The notes under the pieces were generated by a model. It made no database searches and was not told the origin of the DNA. It worked only from the letters and a program-made list of their open reading frames with translations. Positions 13,750-24,481 of a stretch of 51,370 nucleotides of DNA are shown piece by piece. The translations under genes and the position numbers were made by a program. Source of the stretch: Methanomassiliicoccales archaeon (lineage in GTDB: Archaea; Thermoplasmatota; Thermoplasmata; SG8-5); NCBI GenBank assembly GCA_030612505.1, contig JAUWNU010000003.1, positions 1-51,370 on the forward strand, in the 5' to 3' direction. How positions within the stretch are numbered: position 1 is the stretch's first letter; every line of letters begins with the position of its first letter.

Positions 13750-15057
13750 CTATGACCTGCCGTCTCCGAGATACCTGAAGTCCCAGCCAGCTTTGGCCCA
13801 CGAGTCCCGGTCCAGCACCCTTCTGGTATCAAGTATGGAATTGCCCTTTGCCTTTTCCAGCATCTCTGCTCCATTGATATTTTTAAAGTCGCTGTGGCCG
13901 GTGGTTACCAGCACGGCGTCAGCATCTTCCATTGCCTCTGCAAGCTCATATAATTCAAATCCAGCATTCTTCACATATGGGTCATGGACCTTGCATTTTG
14001 CTCCACCGGATTCTAAAATTTTCATTATCTCCAGTGCCGGACTTTCCCTGCAATCCCCAACATCTGCCTTGTATGCCAGTCCCAGAATTGCTATGTTTTT
14101 GCCCTGAAGGCCGCCAAGCATATCACTCAATATTTTTACGACCAGCCCTGGCATTTCCGTGTTAACAATTCTGGCAAGTGCCAGCATTCTGGCGGTTTCC
14201 GGTGCGCCGTCGATTATGAAGTAGGGGTCTACAGCAATGTAGTGTCCGCCTACCCCTGGTCCTGGCTGGAGAATGTTCACCCTTGGGTGACGGTTGGCAA
14301 TCTGGATTGCGTCCCTAACATCAATTCCAAAATCATATGATAATTGAGCAAGCTCATTGGCAAATGCTATATTTACATCTCGATATGAATTTTCCACCAG
14401 CTTCACAAACTCGGCAGTTGTGGAATCTGTGATCACTATCTCGCCTGTCACAAAGCATGAGTATAATTCTTTGGCACGGCTGGCTGCCTTTGGAGTTAGG
14501 CCGCCTATTACCCGGTCAAGGGTGGAAAGCTCCAGAAGGATATCTCCTGGTATCACCCGCTCAGGTGCAAATGCCAGGTCAACATCATTCTCCGGGTCAA
14601 GGCCAATTTCCTTAACCAGGCCTGCCACAAGGTCTGAGGTCGTGCGCGGCGGCACTGTGGACTCAAGTATCACCATATTGCCCTTTTGAAGTAAAGGAAG
14701 TATTGATCTGACTCCTTTTTCCACATAGGACATATCTGCCTTCTTGTTTGGCAGTATTGGAGTTGGTAAACAGATGATGAAAACGTCTGCTGCTTCCGGT
14801 TTATCCGAGAGTGTGAAACGTCCTGACTCCAGCTCTCCAAGGACAAGCTGCGCCAGTCCTGGCTCCTCCGGGGTCGCGCCCTGCTTTCGTATATCATCCA
14901 GGACCTGTGGAATAACATCCATGCCTGCCACATTGTGTCCTTTACTGGCCAGTATGGCTGCAGTTGGCAGTCCAATGTATCCCAGTCCTATAACACATAT
15001 CGAGAAACGAGAATTTGTTTCGAGCAAGGGGGAAACTTGTTTTCCTCGCAGTTTCAT
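13750..15057 (-). CDS. wecC: UDP-N-acetyl-D-mannosamine dehydrogenase family; catalytic Cys replaced by Tyr
   Basis: VIGLGYIGLP, LESTVPP, PERVIPG, KLVENSYRDVNIAFANEL, GLAYKADVGDCRESP; GGHYI where the family has GGHCI. Confidence 0.88.
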   Translation of the reverse strand: MKLRGKQVSPLLETNSRFSICVIGLGYIGLPTAAILASKGHNVAGMDVIPQVLDDIRKQGATPEEPGLAQLVLGELESGRFTLSDKPEAADVFIICLPTPILPNKKADMSYVEKGVRSILPLLQKGNMVILESTVPPRTTSDLVAGLVKEIGLDPENDVDLAFAPERVIPGDILLELSTLDRVIGGLTPKAASRAKELYSCFVTGEIVITDSTTAEFVKLVENSYRDVNIAFANELAQLSYDFGIDVRDAIQIANRHPRVNILQPGPGVGGHYIAVDPYFIIDGAPETARMLALARIVNTEMPGLVVKILSDMLGGLQGKNIAILGLAYKADVGDCRESPALEIMKILESGGAKCKVHDPYVKNAGFELYELAEAMEDADAVLVTTGHSDFKNINGAEMLEKAKGNSILDTRRVLDRDSWAKAGWDFRYLGDGRS

Positions 15058-16139
15058 TACAAGGCCTCCACAATTATTCTGGCAATGTTCTTTCCTGCAT
15101 TTCCATCACCGTAGGGCGATGGGACTGAAGGGGCCTGGCCAGCCGAGACTTCATTCTCAATGGCCCTGGCAATATCTCCGGCATCTGTGCCAACCATTGT
15201 GGCGTAGCCAGTATCAATGGCTTCTGGTCTTTCGGTGCTCTTGCGGAATACCAGCACACGTTTTCGAATAGACGGGGACGTAGCTTCCTCCTGAATGCCT
15301 CCTGAATCTGAAAATATAAAACGACATTTTCTCATCATTGCCAGGAAGTCGAAATATCCTGCCGGCGGTATAAGATGAACATTATCAGAGCTAGCTAGTT
15401 TATCATATAATCCAAATTGACCAAGCATTTTCTTGGTTCTTGGGTGAAGTGGATACACAACTGGTAGCGGGGCCTTGTCAAGAACATCCACCAGTCCTGA
15501 AAGTACTGACTGGTCATCAACATTCTCTGCCCTGTGAGCAGTCACCAGGATATAATCATCAAAAGGTATTTCTTTGGCAACCTGGCTTTTTTCTTCTGCA
15601 AGCTTGACATATCTCTCGCATGCGTCAATAACCGTATTGCCGGTCATGTGAATATCGCCCCATACTTTCTCATCCTCCAGAATACTGGCGGAGTCCGGTG
15701 TCGGGGCAAATAGATAATGTGAGATGTGGTCAGCGATTCTTCGATTGTATTCTTCAGGCATGCGCCTGTCATTGCTTCTTAATCCTGCCTCAACATGCCC
15801 AACCTTGATGCCCATTTTAACCGCAGTAAGCGCGCCAGCTAGGACCGTATTTGTATCTCCCTGGACAAGTACGCTGTCAGGCCTTTTATCCTCAAGTACC
15901 TTTTCCAATTTGTACATGCAGTCAGCAGTTTGTGCTGCCTGGGTCCCAGAACCTACCTTGAGATAATGATCAGGAGTTCTCATTCCAAGGTCCCTGATGA
16001 AACTTTCTGAAAGCGCATCATCATAATGCTACCCACTGTGAATCAATATCACTTCCTCGCCCATCCCCTCCAGGGCAAAGAGTACAGGAGCCATCTTGAT
16101 AAGTTCAGGGCGTGTGCCGAGTACTATCGCAGTTGTCAC
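15057..16139 (-). pseudogene. wecB: UDP-N-acetylglucosamine 2-epimerase (non-hydrolysing) with in-frame TAG at codon 37
   Basis: GTG at 16139 gives MTTAIVLGTRPELIKMAPV..IHSG*HYD in frame with the downstream ORF (VQGDTNT, GHVEAGLRS, SDSGGIQEEA, TERPE, PYGDG). The TAG at 16029-16031 sits at the Q of HTGQHYD. Confidence 0.88.
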
Positions 16140-16229
16140 GCTGGGGGTATCAACCGACCTATAATAAAAAACTTTCACTTGTTATATTATTACGATACCT
16201 TTATAATATATTAGAAATTGCATATAAAC

Positions 16230-17357
16230 ATGAGAGTACTCATGCTTCTCTCGAACCCATTCACTCATGACGCCAGGGTCTACAATGAGGCCATATCGCT
16301 TCACAAGGCAGGCCATGAGGTCACGGTCATTGGGTGGGACAGGGGCTCCCAGCATCCTGGAAGGGAAATAATAGACGGTATCAATGTAGTCAGAACAAGA
16401 AATACTGGCTACATGAACATATTGCCCTATGACATATTCAGATTGAGGCCATGGTGGCGGCAGCTCTACAAAATAGGAAAAATGCTCCATGATAAATCTC
16501 ATTTTGACGCTGTTCACTGTCATGATTTTGATACACTTCCAGCAGGTATCCAGCTAAAGAAGAAATTGGGTATCAACCTGATATATGACGCCCATGAGAT
16601 ATGGGGCTACATGGTTGCCAGGGACATTCCACAATGGTGGGCCAATCATTTTCTCAGAAAGGAAAGTAAACTGGCACCCCAGGCAGATCACATTATCACT
16701 GTTGCTGAACCTCATGAGTCCTATTTCAAGAAGATGGGCTGTAAGAACGTGACCCTGATAAGAAGTAGCAAGCCACTGGTCAGCACTGAATATCAGGCTC
16801 CATCAAATCAAGTATTCACATTAATTTACATAGGCGGATTGAACAATAGCCGATTCCTTCTTGAGGCCATTGATATATGCAAGGGTCTTGAAAACGTACA
16901 TTTCACCATAGCTGGCTATGGTTCAATTGAATCAGAAATTAAGGAGCTAGCCAACAAGATTTCCAATGTAAAATTCCTGGGCAAGTTACCCATGTCAGAG
17001 GTATTGCCGCTTACCCTGAAGGCAGATGCAGTTCACTGTGTTTTCAATCCCTCAAACAAGAACAATCAGGTGGGTCCACCGAATAAGGTATTTGAGGCAA
17101 TGGCAACAGGAAGGCCCGTACTGGCCACCAAGGGTATTTATAGTGGGGATTTGATTGATAAATACCAGATGGGCCAGACTATTGGATTTAATAGTGAAGA
17201 ATACACCAAGGCCCTGATAAAGCTCCGGGATGATCCTCAGCTTCGTGAAAAGCTTGGAAGAAATGCTCTGGAAGCAGCCAAGGGAGAGTTTAACTGGGGG
17301 GTTCAGGAAGCGAGACTTCTTGATATCTACAAAAATCTGGAGGTGCAGAATGCATAG
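16230..17357 (+). CDS. GT4 (GT-B) glycosyltransferase
   Basis: DARVYNEA, VHCHDFDTL, IYDAHE, PNKVFEAMATGRPV, FNW. Confidence 0.9.
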   Translation: MRVLMLLSNPFTHDARVYNEAISLHKAGHEVTVIGWDRGSQHPGREIIDGINVVRTRNTGYMNILPYDIFRLRPWWRQLYKIGKMLHDKSHFDAVHCHDFDTLPAGIQLKKKLGINLIYDAHEIWGYMVARDIPQWWANHFLRKESKLAPQADHIITVAEPHESYFKKMGCKNVTLIRSSKPLVSTEYQAPSNQVFTLIYIGGLNNSRFLLEAIDICKGLENVHFTIAGYGSIESEIKELANKISNVKFLGKLPMSEVLPLTLKADAVHCVFNPSNKNNQVGPPNKVFEAMATGRPVLATKGIYSGDLIDKYQMGQTIGFNSEEYTKALIKLRDDPQLREKLGRNALEAAKGEFNWGVQEARLLDIYKNLEVQNA

Positions 17358-18519
17358 GAAATCTCTAGAAAAATTGGATAGCTGGATAAGGCAGAACGGC
17401 TGGGCTGGCTATGATCCATATGACATAAAGGGAAAACCGCCATTTCTTCTTTTTTCCAAATCAAAATACACTGCTTTTGCGGCTCACAATGTTCTCAGAC
17501 GATTCCCCATGGTTACGCGCAAGTTGTTCCGTGTAAAAAAAGAGGTGAACGCAAAGGCAATGGCCCTCATGGCCAGGGCCTATCTTAGGATGTTCAAAAC
17601 TTCTGGTGACGAGTCCTACAAGAAGCTGGCCATGGAATGTCTGGAATGGTTGAATGCCAATTTCAGTCCGAACTACTCCGGTAAATGTTGGGGCTATCCC
17701 TTTGACTGGCAGGGCAGGACATTTATTCCCAAGGGCACGCCTTCAATAGTTGTTTCATCCATTGCAGCCCACACATTTCTGTATGCCTATGAGATATTAG
17801 GTGAAAAGAAATATTTGGATGTGGCAAGAAGTACATGTGATTTTATCATGAACGACCTGAACAGAGATGAAAATGAAAATACACTATGTTTCAGCTACAC
17901 CCCAGCTGACAATTGGCATGTTCATAATGCCAATCTATTCGGTGCATCTGTCCTTGCTAGGGTCGGAGCATTTACCAGAGAAGATGAATTAAAAAAACTG
18001 GCAATCAAGAGCATCAACTTCACAATGAACCATCAGAATGATGACGGCTCATTCTATTACTGGGCACCACCGACACCAGTGGACAAACTTTTCAAGCTCA
18101 TTGACAATTATCATACTGGTTTTGTACTTGAAAGCCTGAATGTTTGCCGAAGGGCATTGGGCTCTGACTTCAAATGTGATAAGGAATTGAAGAAAGGTCT
18201 TGATTTCTATGCCAGGGAACTTTTCACAGAGACAGGAGAGGCATTAATCTCCACCAAGGACAGGTATCCCATAAACATTCACAGCTGCGCCCAGGGTATT
18301 ATCACATTCATAGAACTGGCCGATTTTGATGCAACCCACAAGATGATATCCAAAAAGGTGGCAGACTGGACAATAGAGAATATGCAGGATTCTTCCGGAT
18401 ACTTCTATCATTTGATAGATGGAAAAGGTTATGTAGATAAAATGCCGTACATCAGATGGGGCCAGGCCTGGATGCTTCTGGCATTATCTTACCTTGTAAA
18501 AGTGGAGGCTGAAAAATGA
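17350..18519 (+). CDS. (alpha/alpha)6-barrel protein typical of polysaccharide loci (glycosidase/epimerase-like)
   Basis: GYDPYD, CWGYPFDWQ, FSYTP..VHNAN, IDNYHTGF, YIRWGQAW; ATG at 17350 overlaps the GT stop. Confidence 0.7.
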   Translation: MHRKSLEKLDSWIRQNGWAGYDPYDIKGKPPFLLFSKSKYTAFAAHNVLRRFPMVTRKLFRVKKEVNAKAMALMARAYLRMFKTSGDESYKKLAMECLEWLNANFSPNYSGKCWGYPFDWQGRTFIPKGTPSIVVSSIAAHTFLYAYEILGEKKYLDVARSTCDFIMNDLNRDENENTLCFSYTPADNWHVHNANLFGASVLARVGAFTREDELKKLAIKSINFTMNHQNDDGSFYYWAPPTPVDKLFKLIDNYHTGFVLESLNVCRRALGSDFKCDKELKKGLDFYARELFTETGEALISTKDRYPINIHSCAQGIITFIELADFDATHKMISKKVADWTIENMQDSSGYFYHLIDGKGYVDKMPYIRWGQAWMLLALSYLVKVEAEK

Positions 18520-20648
18520 AGCAAGTTTTCAATAAGAGCGGAGAAGTCATAATAGATGAAGTTCCTGCTCCTACTGTAAGGCCAGGCAGAATTCTTGTAG
18601 CCAATCTTTATTCTGTAATAAGCTTGGGCACAGAATCCCAAAATCTGGAAAATGTTTCTGGAAGTGTTATATCCAAAGCCATAAAGAATCCTGAACTTGT
18701 TAAGACTGTCATTGAAAAGGTTAAGCAGGATGGCCTGAAAAAGACCCTGGGCATGGTGAAGGACGAAGGTCAGAAGCTTCTTCCAATGGGCTATTCCAGT
18801 TCTGGAATCATCATAGCCAAAGGGGACAATGTTCACGGTTTTGAAGTTGGAGATTTAGTTGCCTGCGCAGGTGATGCATATCACGCTGAAATCGTAAGCA
18901 TTCCAGTTAATCTGGCCGTTAAAATTCCAGAGAATGTTTCGCCGGAGCAGGCGGCCTTCATGACAATAGGTTCCATAGCACTCCAGGGCGTTCGGCGTTC
19001 GGAAGCTCATCTGGGAAGCATTGTAGCTGTCATTGGCTTAGGCCTTATCGGACAACTAGCTGTGCAGATTTTGAAATCCGCCGGATGCCAGGTTATTGCA
19101 GTGGACATTGATGATTCCCGTGTACAACTGGCTAAAGATACTGGCGCACATCTAGCCCTCAAGGTCGAAGAGGGCTATGTTGACAAGATTAAGCATTTCT
19201 CAGATAATCATGGAGTTGATGCTGTTCTGATATGCGCAGCAACCAGCAGCCAGGCACCTGTGGATGATGCCTTGAAAATGACTCGCCGAAAAGGAAGAAT
19301 TGTTGTTGTTGGGGCAGTTCCAATGAACATAGACAGAAAATTGTTCTACCAGAAAGAACTGGACTTCCTAATTTCCACTTCATATGGCCCTGGCAGGTAT
19401 GACCCATCATACGAGGAAAATGGTCTGGATTATCCAATTGGCTATGTCAGATGGACCCAGAATCGGAACATGGCCGAATTTCTGCGGCTAATTTCACATG
19501 GCCAGGTAAATTTAAAATTATTAATTTCAAAGATTTTTCCAATGGAGAAGGCATCAGAGGCCTATGCCTATGCCAGAAGCCCGGAACAGAAGCCAATAGG
19601 CATTCTTTTCAAGTATCAGAATGCCGAGAAACTGAAGCCAGTTTCTGAGGTTGTGAAAATAACCGACTCTGGAAAAAAGATAGGCCTGAATGTTGGTCTT
19701 CTGGGAGCCGGAAACTTCGCCAAATCATATCACTTACCTAATCTAGCTTCAATGCCAGATGTCAATATCAGGGCAATAGCCAGCAATAAAGGGTTCAATT
19801 CAAAACAACTGGGCCAGAAGTATGGTGCAACATATTGCACAACTGATTATGACAAACTAATTGCTGACAAGGATATTGACATGATTGTAATTGCCACCCG
19901 ACATGATCTCCATGCACCATTGGCTGTCAAGGCCATCCAATCAGGCAAAGCGGTTTTCACCGAAAAACCAATGGCCATGAACCAGGAGGAATGCGACTCA
20001 ATCATCAAAGCACTGGAATTAAACAAAGTTCCCTTTGCAGTTGGATTTAACCGTAGATTTTCCCCACTGGCCGTTAAATTGAAAAGCCATTTGACCAAGG
20101 GGAAGCCAATAATAATCAATTACACAGTGAATGCTGGCAAGCTGCCAAAAGACCACTGGGTCCATGATCCGGTCCAGGGTGGAGGGCGACTCATAGGCGA
20201 GGCCTGCCATTTCTTTGATTTCTTCTGCTGGCTTACAGGAAGCAAGCCAGTTTCTGTTTTCACCCACGCAGTATCCGGAGGTCCAGAGGACATTTCAGAT
20301 AACAATTTTGTCTCCACAGTGAAGTTCCAAAATGGTTCTGTTGGCAACCTGACTTATTCCAGTGAGGGCCATTCATCTCATCCCAAGGAAACAATAACTG
20401 TTTTCTCCGGCGGTAAGGTCATGCTATTGAGAGATTTCATTTCTCTGGATGTTTCTGGTTCAAAGTCTGAGAACCACAAGCTCAAGAAAATGGACAAGGG
20501 ATTCCGCGCCTGTCTGGAAGATTTTATTCTGTCGGTGAACGGAAAGAAATCACCTTCTGGTTATGAAACATATCTATGGCCGACCATGTGTTCATTCAAG
20601 GCGATAGAGAGTATGAGAACGGGTAACCCAGTTAAATTTGAGGAATGA
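18516..20648 (+). CDS. Bi-domain oxidoreductase (Zn-ADH-like + Gfo/Idh/MocA)
   Basis: ISLGTE, PMGYSSSG, GLGLIGQL, SYGPGRYD..YPIGYVRWT, GAGNFA, EKPMA, GFNRRF, GEACHF. Confidence 0.9.
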   Translation: MKQVFNKSGEVIIDEVPAPTVRPGRILVANLYSVISLGTESQNLENVSGSVISKAIKNPELVKTVIEKVKQDGLKKTLGMVKDEGQKLLPMGYSSSGIIIAKGDNVHGFEVGDLVACAGDAYHAEIVSIPVNLAVKIPENVSPEQAAFMTIGSIALQGVRRSEAHLGSIVAVIGLGLIGQLAVQILKSAGCQVIAVDIDDSRVQLAKDTGAHLALKVEEGYVDKIKHFSDNHGVDAVLICAATSSQAPVDDALKMTRRKGRIVVVGAVPMNIDRKLFYQKELDFLISTSYGPGRYDPSYEENGLDYPIGYVRWTQNRNMAEFLRLISHGQVNLKLLISKIFPMEKASEAYAYARSPEQKPIGILFKYQNAEKLKPVSEVVKITDSGKKIGLNVGLLGAGNFAKSYHLPNLASMPDVNIRAIASNKGFNSKQLGQKYGATYCTTDYDKLIADKDIDMIVIATRHDLHAPLAVKAIQSGKAVFTEKPMAMNQEECDSIIKALELNKVPFAVGFNRRFSPLAVKLKSHLTKGKPIIINYTVNAGKLPKDHWVHDPVQGGGRLIGEACHFFDFFCWLTGSKPVSVFTHAVSGGPEDISDNNFVSTVKFQNGSVGNLTYSSEGHSSHPKETITVFSGGKVMLLRDFISLDVSGSKSENHKLKKMDKGFRACLEDFILSVNGKKSPSGYETYLWPTMCSFKAIESMRTGNPVKFEE

Positions 20649-20652
20649 TAAA

Positions 20653-21135
20653 ATGAGCCAGGTAGATGAAGCAAAAATGAAGTCTCTGGAGGTTTTCTAC
20701 GAGAACCTGGCAAAGAAAACCGAACATAGCGGCGGATACTATGGCAATCCTCTTGGCCTAACCAGAAAGTCCATGGTTCTTGAACTACTGGCTGCAAAAT
20801 CCAGCCACAAAATTTGTGATATTGGTTGCGGGTACGGCGACCTTTCAATGGGTCTGGTTGACCAGACAGCGGAGGTCCATGGAATTGACATTTCACCCAC
20901 AAGGGTTGAAAGGGCAAAACTACGAGGCATAAAAGCAGTATCTGGAGATGCTTCAAAAACCCCATTTGAATCTGACTTTTTTGATGGCGTAATATGTTCG
21001 GAGGTAATCGAGCATATTGTTGATCCGCTGGCCCTCATGATTGAAATTCATAGAATCCTGAAGAAGGATGGAACCGCGGTTTTAACAGTTCTATTTAGTC
21101 CGGAGATTGAGAAGACGCTTCTTGATACCTTATAG
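20653..21135 (+). pseudogene. Class I SAM methyltransferase, apparently 3'-truncated
   Basis: DIGCGYG, SEVIEHI, LKKDG; ends abruptly ~15 aa after LTV where a GNAT fragment begins in another frame. Confidence 0.65.
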
Positions 21136-21520
21136 TAGGGAGCTTGTAAAGCACTTGGATACTGCCTGTGCAGGACATAATGCCCGAAAAATATTATTTG
21201 CAGTGGATAGAGAGAAAAGAATCCACGCAGCGATTTACATAATATGGGATAAAAATTCTGCTTACTATTTAATGGGGGGTAGCGATCCAGATCTCCGTCA
21301 CAGCGGTGCAACATCATTGCTAGTGTGGGAGACTATAAAATATGCCGCAACAGTGACCAAGAGGTTCGATTTTGAAGGATCTATGATAGAACCAATTGAG
21401 CGATTCTTTCGAGCCTTTGGTGCACAACAGAGCCCTTACTTTCATATAACAAAAACCACTTCTGTTTTACTAAATATTGTTCTAAGCATCAGACTCGCGT
21501 TTCAAAACTTCAGGAAATAG
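21128..21520 (+). pseudogene. C-terminal half of a GNAT/FemAB-like acyltransferase
   Basis: PYSRELV..IHAAIYIIWD..AYYLMGGSDP..SGATSLLVWETI..FDFEGSM..IERFFRAFGA; no N-terminal half and no credible start. Confidence 0.7.
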
Positions 21521-21529
21521 GTTAAACTA

Positions 21530-22453
21530 CTATTGAGAACGTTTTCCAAAAAGACGACGAATATCACCAAACATGTTGTATCCATACTGTACAAAAACAG
21601 CAGGAATTACTGTAACAATCAAGGCAATTTTTTCTTTGAAGGGAATGGGGCTTCTACGGATAACAATAAGATATTCATATGGAATTCGCCAATGAGAAAG
21701 CTTGGCCTTAGCATATTTCCCTGATGGAAGAAGTGTTCTTTGGTATCGCTCTAATCTTTGGTCTGTTGTTTCATCTTCTCGGGCTTTTCTTCTATACCAT
21801 GTCGCCTCTAGAACATGGGCAAATGCCCCAACTAGGGAAAGTCCACCTAACATTACAAGAAAAGTTCCAATATATTGTGGTCTAGGCCAACTTATTTTTT
21901 TCAAAGCGTCAGAACGAATAACTCCATAAATTGCATGGTGATTTTCCTTGAGTGAGAGAATTAATCTGGAAACATTTCCACATCCACGCGTGTCGATGAA
22001 GCTATCTTTGATGTCCAGTTCTTTATTATTTTCATCGATCCATACTGTTCGTGGAGTAGCGATTACAACAGATAAATCCTTCTCCATGATTTCAAGGCAA
22101 CTTCGAATATAATTATCGCTCCATAAATCATGACCTCCAGCAAACATAAAATATGGTGTCTTGACATATTGCATAATTTTAATAAAGTTAGCCAATGCAT
22201 AGATATTACGTTCATTTCGGTAATATTTAATCCTGTTATCCTTTTCTAAATACAGTTTACAAATTTCAGGGGTGCGATCTGTAGATGCATTATCGGAGAT
22301 AATAAGTTCAAAATCTTTGAAATTTTGTGCCAACAGAGACTCGAGTGCTTGTTCCAAATATTTTTCTTCGTTAAAAATCGGCATACAGATACTCACTAGT
22401 GGTGCTTTGCTCTTCATTTTTCTTTTTTCCTCAGAAAACGATTGATTATTCAT
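21530..22453 (-). CDS. GT2 glycosyltransferase
   Basis: PLVSICMPIFNEE, ELIISDNASTDRT, GGHDLW. Confidence 0.9.
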   Translation of the reverse strand: MNNQSFSEEKRKMKSKAPLVSICMPIFNEEKYLEQALESLLAQNFKDFELIISDNASTDRTPEICKLYLEKDNRIKYYRNERNIYALANFIKIMQYVKTPYFMFAGGHDLWSDNYIRSCLEIMEKDLSVVIATPRTVWIDENNKELDIKDSFIDTRGCGNVSRLILSLKENHHAIYGVIRSDALKKISWPRPQYIGTFLVMLGGLSLVGAFAHVLEATWYRRKAREDETTDQRLERYQRTLLPSGKYAKAKLSHWRIPYEYLIVIRRSPIPFKEKIALIVTVIPAVFVQYGYNMFGDIRRLFGKRSQ

Positions 22454-22634
22454 TATCCACCTCCAAGATTATTATATGTTTTTAAATCATGTAATGAAAG
22501 TATTTTTCTACAGGTACAATAGTTCCCTAAATGACACAATGCAAGTTTAGATGCAGTGAATTGTATAGGAAATTCAATTCCACAAATTTCATTTTCAACT
22601 TCACCGATGCCAATATGTTTTGGTATTATCATCT

Positions 22635-23375
22635 TTATACCTTCTTAATACATTTCAGATAACCGTCTGGAGCCACAGTAATCAGCAATTTATCTTGAAT
22701 GTTTTGATCTATTTCAAAACGATCATTGGTCTTTAGGAATTCCCAAACAGCAGTTTTTGGATTGTTGCCTTTACCCCATGGGCGGTCTGTGAAAGAATTC
22801 TCCGGCAGATCCTCAATAATAGTGTCAAAGACAACGAGATAGCTATCCTTGGTTACCAATGGAGAGTAAAGCTCTAGCTCTTTCAAAACATGTTCATGTG
22901 TATGATTGGAATCCAATATTACCATAACCCTTTTTTTGTCTTTGGCAAGATCATATGCCTTTTGCACAACTTCTTCAGCATCCGATGATCCAAGGATCAT
23001 TTCGATCCTATCGAACATCCTGTGATTTTCAATTTTTTTCCGATTGTGTTCTCTTATGTCGATATCAATACCCAGTACTTTTCCATCTCCCCCTATTAGT
23101 TCTAACAAGGATGCATAAAATATTATCGAGCCTCCGTGAGCGATTCCTATTTCAATTATCAGATCTGGCTTGATATCCCAGATAATCTCCTGCATAGCCA
23201 CAATATCTTGAGGGTATTGGATAATAGGTATTCCCATCCAAGAAAAGTTGTAGGAGTATTGACTTTTTATTGTTTCCTCCAAAAATCCCTGTGATACACT
23301 CTGAAGTGAGGCATTCGTGGCATGGTTTTCAATGCGTTCTTTCCTTTCTTTTTTAAAGCTCTCTATTTCGTTCAT
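22635..23375 (-). CDS. CmcI/cephalosporin-hydroxylase family (SAM-dependent sugar O-methyltransferase-like)
   Basis: YSYNFSWMGIPIIQYPQD, IEIGIAHGGS, ILDSNHTHEHVL, RPWGKGNNPKTAV. Confidence 0.88.
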   Translation of the reverse strand: MNEIESFKKERKERIENHATNASLQSVSQGFLEETIKSQYSYNFSWMGIPIIQYPQDIVAMQEIIWDIKPDLIIEIGIAHGGSIIFYASLLELIGGDGKVLGIDIDIREHNRKKIENHRMFDRIEMILGSSDAEEVVQKAYDLAKDKKRVMVILDSNHTHEHVLKELELYSPLVTKDSYLVVFDTIIEDLPENSFTDRPWGKGNNPKTAVWEFLKTNDRFEIDQNIQDKLLITVAPDGYLKCIKKV

Positions 23376-24481
23376 TGTAATTCTCCCATTGTCCTAAAAC
23401 TGACGGTGTTATTTACCTGCTCTTTGATCTCATCAGCATAATTTTCATTCATGATCCAAATCGTTGTCTCGCCCGATAACTGGTCGAAATTAATAGAATC
23501 GGGCGAAATGATAGGGTGTCCCGTACGGGCTATATATTTGGATTGTTTATTCGGATTAATATCGATGACCTTTGACACGTACCGGCGTTCAGGGTCAAGT
23601 ATGTTCACAAAAGTACTGCCTTTTGCCCCGGCCCCCCATACCAGATTATGTTGAGATTTTTTCAGATATGCTTTATGATCATCATACATTTTTTCAAAAA
23701 GGACTTTGTATTGTTTAACTTCCGATCCTTCAATATCTCTTTTAATATCTTTCAAATCAGCCAACAAATAAATATACTGGCCATTAAAAAGTTTACCACC
23801 GCCGGATTTCTCAAACATAGATGCTAAGAGTTCTTCTGTAAAGTAATTACAATGTTCATAGAATACATCCCAAAAAGCATTTTTTGAGACGATCCAATCA
23901 AAACACGGCACTTCAATAAAGATCTTACCCTCGTAATTTGCGGCTTTTGCAATTGTTTTCAGAAAATCAAATGGATGTGCAATATGTTCAAGTGTATGTC
24001 GCAAAATAATCAGTTCCGCTCGAACATCACTGTATTTTTCTGAGAAATAATCTTTAATAATCTTAGGATTGTCACCCTCATAAGCAGGATCGAATCCAGT
24101 AACAATTAACCCTGCATCATCTATCATTTCCAGGAAGTATCCTTTTCCACACCCCACCTCTAGAACTAGATCATGTTCAGTCGATTCTTCCTTTATAATA
24201 TTCAGGATCTCATGAAGATAATCAATGAAATAATTGGAATAATTCTGCTCATTTTGATAATTATCATCATAGTTCATCAAATTAGTATCAAAATTTTTGT
24301 TAAATACAAATCCACAATGAAGACATTGGGTGAGTGTGACTGTTGCGGTATTTGCCTTTAAAGCCTCTTCCTGAGAAGGAAAAACCTTATTTTGAAAAAT
24401 GGGGATATTTTCAACATGATAAATTTTATTGAGGTCACTTCGCTTACACAAAGAACATACCCCTACTCCTTCACCCATCAT
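23372..24481 (-). CDS. Class I SAM methyltransferase, NDP-sugar C-methyltransferase-like
   Basis: N-terminal CxxC/CxxC, EVGCGKG, RHTLEHI, FYEHCNYF, WGAGAKG, DINPNKQ. Confidence 0.82.
   Translation of the reverse strand: MMGEGVGVCSLCKRSDLNKIYHVENIPIFQNKVFPSQEEALKANTATVTLTQCLHCGFVFNKNFDTNLMNYDDNYQNEQNYSNYFIDYLHEILNIIKEESTEHDLVLEVGCGKGYFLEMIDDAGLIVTGFDPAYEGDNPKIIKDYFSEKYSDVRAELIILRHTLEHIAHPFDFLKTIAKAANYEGKIFIEVPCFDWIVSKNAFWDVFYEHCNYFTEELLASMFEKSGGGKLFNGQYIYLLADLKDIKRDIEGSEVKQYKVLFEKMYDDHKAYLKKSQHNLVWGAGAKGSTFVNILDPERRYVSKVIDINPNKQSKYIARTGHPIISPDSINFDQLSGETTIWIMNENYADEIKEQVNNTVSFRTMGELQ

Noticed and set aside
13689-13874. Listed 161-aa version of TFS
   Set aside because: The extension overlaps wecC; the family begins at MFCxxC (ATG 13688)
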